Source of the DNA: Longivirga aurantiaca
GTDB lineage: Bacteria; Actinomycetota; Actinomycetes; S36-B12; CAIYMF01
Assembly: GCF_042660085.1 (NCBI RefSeq)
Contig: NZ_JBHSTI010000008.1
Coordinates: 1,117,836-1,149,835 of the forward strand
Direction of reading: 5' to 3'
Length of the DNA stretch: 32,000 nt
Shown: positions 28,065 through 32,000 of the stretch, one piece after another
How positions within the stretch are numbered: position 1 is the stretch's first letter
Layout: each line of letters starts with the position of its first letter
Notes under the pieces: model-generated
Seen by the model: only the letters and a program-made list of their open reading frames with translations
The model's database searches: none
What the model was told of the DNA's origin: nothing
Translations under genes and position numbers: made by a program

Positions 28065-29428
28065 GAGGACGCTCCCAGCCGGCCGAGCAGATCGGCCATC
28101 GCCACGACGGTGCGTTCGAGCTCGTCGAGCACCACGCGCTCGTTGGGCGCATGGATCCCGCTGTAGCCGTCGGCGACGCCGACGAGCAGGACGTCGGCCT
28201 CCGGTGCGGCGTCGTGCAGCGAGCTCACGACGGGGATCGAACCGCCCTGCCCGGCCAGCACGATCGGCGCGTCCCATGCCTGCGACCACGCGGCCTTCGC
28301 CTTGTCGTACACCGCGCTGTCGGTGTTGGCGGAGTACCCCTGGCCGATCTCGGTCGGGGTCACGGTGAGCTGGACGCCGAACGGCATCGCGCGCTCGAGG
28401 TGCTCGACCACCAGCCGCTGCGCCTCGGCCGGGTCCTGTGCCGGGTGCACGCGCACGTTGAGCTTGGCGCGGGCGTAGTCCTGCACGGCGTTGAGCGACC
28501 CTGCGACGGTGGGGGTGTCCATCCCGATCACCGTGATCGCCGGGCCCGACCACACGCGCGAGCCGAGGGTGCCGGTGCCGACCAGGTCCATGCCGTCGGC
28601 AAGGCCGGCCAGCGCGCGGAACTCCTCCTCGTCCGGCCCTCCGCCGTCCCACTCGACGCGGCGCAGACCCTCGACCGCGACGTCGCCCGCGTCGTCGTGC
28701 AGCGTGGCGAGGCCGCGCAGGAGGGCGAGCAGAGCATCCGGTGCGGCGCCGCCGAACTGCCCGCTGTGCCGCGCCGACTCGAGCGTGCGCACCTCGACCA
28801 GCACGTTCGCCATGCCACGCAGGCCGACGGTGAGCGTGGGGATGCCGGGCCGCACGTTGCCGACGTCGGCCACCACTAGCACGTCGCACGCGAACTTCTC
28901 GGGGTCGGTCGCGGGATAGGTCGAGAAGGCGGCGCCGCCGACCTCCTCGAGGCCCTCGATCACGATGCGTACGCCGACCGGCGGCCGACCGCCCCAGGCC
29001 CGCAGCGCACCCGCGCAGGCGACGATGTTGCCCTTGGTGTCGGCGGTGCCCCGGCCGTACATCGCGCCGTCGATGACCGTCGGCTCGAAGGGTGCGGTGC
29101 GCCACAGGCTCTCGTCGCCCGCGGGCACGACGTCGTAGTGGCCGTAGAGCAGCACGGTGGGAGCTCCGGGCGGTGCCGGGATCTCGCCCATGATCACGGG
29201 TGCGGTGCCGGGCAGGTCGAGCAGCGAGATCTGCTCCACGCCCGAGCGGCGCAGCAGGGCCTGCACGGCCTCGCAGCCGCGCTCGAGCTCGGCGTGGGTC
29301 TCCACGGGGTTGCCGGGCAGCGAGACCGACGGGATCCGGACGAGGTCGGCGAGCTCGTCGATGAGCTCGGGCATCAGCCCGTGCACGGTGTCGCGCAGCG
29401 CATCGTGGCTCGTGGGCGCGTCGGTCAT
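28061..29428 (-). CDS. M20 family metallopeptidase/dipeptidase
   Basis: [45 protein letters not shown] and [14 protein letters not shown] metal-binding region motifs. SD GGGAGGG before ATG 29428. Confidence 0.92.
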   Translation of the reverse strand: MTDAPTSHDALRDTVHGLMPELIDELADLVRIPSVSLPGNPVETHAELERGCEAVQALLRRSGVEQISLLDLPGTAPVIMGEIPAPPGAPTVLLYGHYDVVPAGDESLWRTAPFEPTVIDGAMYGRGTADTKGNIVACAGALRAWGGRPPVGVRIVIEGLEEVGGAAFSTYPATDPEKFACDVLVVADVGNVRPGIPTLTVGLRGMANVLVEVRTLESARHSGQFGGAAPDALLALLRGLATLHDDAGDVAVEGLRRVEWDGGGPDEEEFRALAGLADGMDLVGTGTLGSRVWSGPAITVIGMDTPTVAGSLNAVQDYARAKLNVRVHPAQDPAEAQRLVVEHLERAMPFGVQLTVTPTEIGQGYSANTDSAVYDKAKAAWSQAWDAPIVLAGQGGSIPVVSSLHDAAPEADVLLVGVADGYSGIHAPNERVVLDELERTVVAMADLLGRLGASS

Positions 29429-29598
29429 GGGGTCCCTCCCGTTGCGGATTCCGGGTCATTCTGTCGAGGCTCGGCTGCCCCCGCACGGTATTGAGCCCTC
29501 GCGCCGCCGGCCCCTGGGTGACGAGAGCGGCGACCAGATGCCGGGGCGAGAAGCAGGGCACCCCGAGGCGCGAGCAGCCGCCGTCCGAAGTGGTAGAT

Positions 29599-29705
29599 GA
29601 GTGCGGATCCCGTCGTAGAAGGCACGCTGGTTACCCGGGTAACGGGCGGCGGCGCTGGCTGGGTGCGGGTTCCGTCGCCGGGCGAACGCTGGTTACCCGG
29701 GTAAC
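29599..29705. repeat. Two tandem copies of the palindromic element between divergent genes
   Basis: Units at 29599-29643 and 29661-29705, each ending GCTGGTTACCCGGGTAAC, with spacing 62 bp. Confidence 0.9.
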
Positions 29706-29806
29706 GGCGGGTGACGTGGGTCGCGTTGACGCAGGGCTTCGGGAGCGGCGTACGGCGGGGTCTGGCAGGGTCGGCCTAGGCCGTACGGCGACCGGAGGGG
29801 CAGGCG

Positions 29807-31900
29807 ATGTCGGAGAGTCTCTACATCACCTCGGCCTCGCCGCGCGCGGGCAAGGCGGTCGCGGCGCTCGGTGTGCTCGAGCTGCTCGCGCGCCGCGTCG
29901 ACCGCATCGGGCTGTTCCGCCCGCTGATCGACGGCGACGGCACGCGCGACGCGCTGGTCGAGCTGCTCGTCGACCGCTACGACCTCGACGTCGACCTCGC
30001 GACCGCGTGCCCCATGACGTACGCCGATGCCGCGCGGCACCTGGAGTCGGGCCACCAGGACGCGGTCGTGACGGCGGCGGTCGAGGCGTTCACGTCTCTT
30101 CGACAGAAGTACGACTTCGTGCTGGTGCTCGGCACCGACTACACCGGGCCGGCGGCGTCGACCGAGCTCGACCTCAACGCGACCCTCGCGGCCAACCTCG
30201 GCACGCCGGTGCTGTCGGTCGTCTCGGCGTGGGACAGCGAGCCGGACGACGTACCCGCGGCGGTCGCGCAGGCGCGGCACGTGCTCGCCGACCACGGCTG
30301 CACGCTCGTCGGCACGCTCGTGAACCGCGCGGATCCGGTGCGCCGCGACGAGATCGAGGCGCTGCTGGTCGCCTCGGCACCGGACGAGCCGGTGTGGGTG
30401 CTGCCCGACCTGCCCGTGCTGTCGGCGTTGACCGTCGACGAGGTCGCCACCGCCCTCGACGGCACGGTGCTCGCGGGGGAGCCCGCGGATCTGCAGCGCG
30501 AGGTCGACCGCTTCGTCGCCGGGTCTGCGCACGTGCCGAACGTGCTGCCGCTGCTCGACACCGGCGTGCTGCTCGTCGCGGCCGGCGACCGTGCGGATCT
30601 CGCCGTCGCGATGGCGGCGTTCGCCTCGAGCCCCGACCTGCCCACGCCCGCGGGCCTCGTCGTCACCCTCGGCCTGATCCCGGATCCGCTGACGCAGCAG
30701 CTGCTGCGCGCGTCGCGGCTGCCGGTGGTGGCGGTCGAGCTCGACACGTACGCCGCTCTGCACGAGATCGAGGGCCTGCGCGGCGAGATCCGCGCGGGGT
30801 CGCGGCGCAAGATCGCCGCGGCGCTGGGGGAGTTCTCGGCGCATGTCGACACCGAGCGCCTCGCGTCGCGGATCCGGTTCAGCACGTCGGAGACCGTGAC
30901 GCCGTTGATGTTCGCGGTCGACGTGCTCGAGCGGGCGCGCGCGGACCGCAAGCGCATCGTCCTGCCGGAGGGCACCGACGAGCGGATCCTGCGCGCTGCG
31001 GAGGAGCTGCTGCACGGGCGCGTGGTCGACCTCGTGCTGCTCGGCGACCCGGGAGTGATCGCCGCGAAGGCGGCCGCGATCGGCGTCGACATCTCCGCTG
31101 CCGAGATCATCGATCCCGCGAGGTCGCCGTTGCTTCCGTCGTTGGCCGCGCGGTACGCCGAGCTGCGCGCCCACAAGGGCGTGACGCTCGGGCGGGCGCA
31201 CGACCGTGTGATCGACCCGTCGTACTTCGGGACGCTGCTGGTGGAGACCGGTCGCGTCGACGGCATGGTGTCGGGCGCGACGCACACCACCGCCGAGACG
31301 ATCCGGCCGGCGCTCGAGGTGATCAAGACCGTGCCGGGCGTCTCACTGGTGTCGTCGACGTTCCTCATGTGCCTGCCCGACCGCGTGCTTGCCTTCGCCG
31401 ACTGCGCGGTCAACGTGGATCCGTCGGCGGAGCAGCTGGCCGACATCGCGTCGTCCACCGCCGACACGGCCGCGGCGTTCGGCATCGTGCCGCGGGTGGC
31501 GATGGTGTCGTACTCCACCGGGGAGTCCGGGTCCGGTATCGACGTCGAGAAGGTGCGGCTGGCGACGTCGCTCCTGGTCGAGCGCCGCCCGGATCTCCCC
31601 GTGGCCGGCCCGATCCAGTACGACGCCGCCGTGGATCCCGCAGTCGGTGCGTCGAAGATGCCGGGCAACGACGTGGCGGGGCACGCGACCGTGCTGGTGT
31701 TCCCCGACCTCAACACGGGCAACGCGACGTACAAGGCGGTGCAGCGCTCGGCCGAGGCCGTGGCGGTCGGGCCGGTGCTGCAGGGCCTGCGGCGTCCGGT
31801 GAACGACCTCTCGCGCGGCTGCACCGTGCCCGACATCGTCAACACCGTCGCCATCACCGCCATCCAGGCCCAGTCGGTCGCGCCCGCCTCACGCGGGTGA
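29807..31900 (+). CDS. pta: Phosphate acetyltransferase
   Basis: 697 aa: MSESLYITSASPRAGKAVAALGVLELLARR, DRTGG-like middle domain, and PTA_PTB catalytic part RKRIVLPEGTDERILRAAEELL...SGATHTTAETIRPALEVIKTVPGVSLVSSTFLMCLPDRVLAFADCAVNVDPSAEQLADIA...KMPGNDVAGHATVLVFPDLNTGNATYKAVQRSAEAVAVGPVLQGLRRPVNDLSRG. Confidence 0.95.
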   Translation: MSESLYITSASPRAGKAVAALGVLELLARRVDRIGLFRPLIDGDGTRDALVELLVDRYDLDVDLATACPMTYADAARHLESGHQDAVVTAAVEAFTSLRQKYDFVLVLGTDYTGPAASTELDLNATLAANLGTPVLSVVSAWDSEPDDVPAAVAQARHVLADHGCTLVGTLVNRADPVRRDEIEALLVASAPDEPVWVLPDLPVLSALTVDEVATALDGTVLAGEPADLQREVDRFVAGSAHVPNVLPLLDTGVLLVAAGDRADLAVAMAAFASSPDLPTPAGLVVTLGLIPDPLTQQLLRASRLPVVAVELDTYAALHEIEGLRGEIRAGSRRKIAAALGEFSAHVDTERLASRIRFSTSETVTPLMFAVDVLERARADRKRIVLPEGTDERILRAAEELLHGRVVDLVLLGDPGVIAAKAAAIGVDISAAEIIDPARSPLLPSLAARYAELRAHKGVTLGRAHDRVIDPSYFGTLLVETGRVDGMVSGATHTTAETIRPALEVIKTVPGVSLVSSTFLMCLPDRVLAFADCAVNVDPSAEQLADIASSTADTAAAFGIVPRVAMVSYSTGESGSGIDVEKVRLATSLLVERRPDLPVAGPIQYDAAVDPAVGASKMPGNDVAGHATVLVFPDLNTGNATYKAVQRSAEAVAVGPVLQGLRRPVNDLSRGCTVPDIVNTVAITAIQAQSVAPASRG

Positions 31901-31907
31901 CCTGTCG

Positions 31908-32000
31908 TACCTGGGTAACGAGCGTGCGGCAGAGCGCACCCTCGTTACCCAGGTAAGGGTGCTTCGGCTTACCCGGGTAACGAGCGTGCGGCAGAGCGCA
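31908..32000. repeat. Hairpin variant plus start of another copy, running off the window
   Basis: Arms 31908-31928 (TACCTGGGTAACGAGCGTGCG) and 31935-31955 (CGCACCCTCGTTACCCAGGTA) form a 21-bp stem with one mismatch. Then TTACCCGGGTAACGAGCGTGCGGCAGAGCGCA from 31969. Confidence 0.88.

Noticed and set aside
26409-29561. 1050-aa minus ORF spanning the transporter and beyond
   Set aside because: Only the C-terminal part from GTG 28064 is the AbgT protein. The upstream extension lies in an Arg-rich shadow frame over the M20 peptidase gene.

Overview
This is a high-GC actinobacterial chromosomal window of ordinary housekeeping and accessory genes. No CRISPR array, tRNA, rRNA or transposase was found. 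Gene order: a partial phosphoribosyltransferase (-); a double-domain universal stress protein (-); a hypothetical protein (-); two very large secreted proteins (+) joined by an ATGA stop/start overlap (an RCC1-repeat protein and an FG-GAP/VCBS-like protein); a LuxR-type ATPase regulator (-); a small pyridoxamine-phosphate-oxidase-like protein (-); an EamA/RhtA-type exporter fused to a cyclic-nucleotide-binding domain (-); a PLP aminotransferase (-); a decayed class III cyclase-like pseudogene (+); a class II glutamine amidotransferase (+); two lipoproteins (+); a giant polytopic membrane protein with an apparent 5' frameshift (+); an AbgT transporter and M20 peptidase pair (-); and phosphate acetyltransferase (+). 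The strongest unexplained signal is a family of about 13 intergenic elements. Most consist of GAGTGCGGAATCCGTCGCAGAGCGCACGCTG followed by the palindrome GTTACCCGGGTAAC, often in tandem at about 62 bp spacing. Some form near-perfect 21-22 bp hairpins, and two copies abut truncated remnants of the PPOX-like gene. Other leads are an RCC1 propeller interrupted by about 400 residues, the coupled giant secreted pair, and the exporter/cNMP-domain fusion. All assignments were made by reading sequence and motifs; no database search was run.
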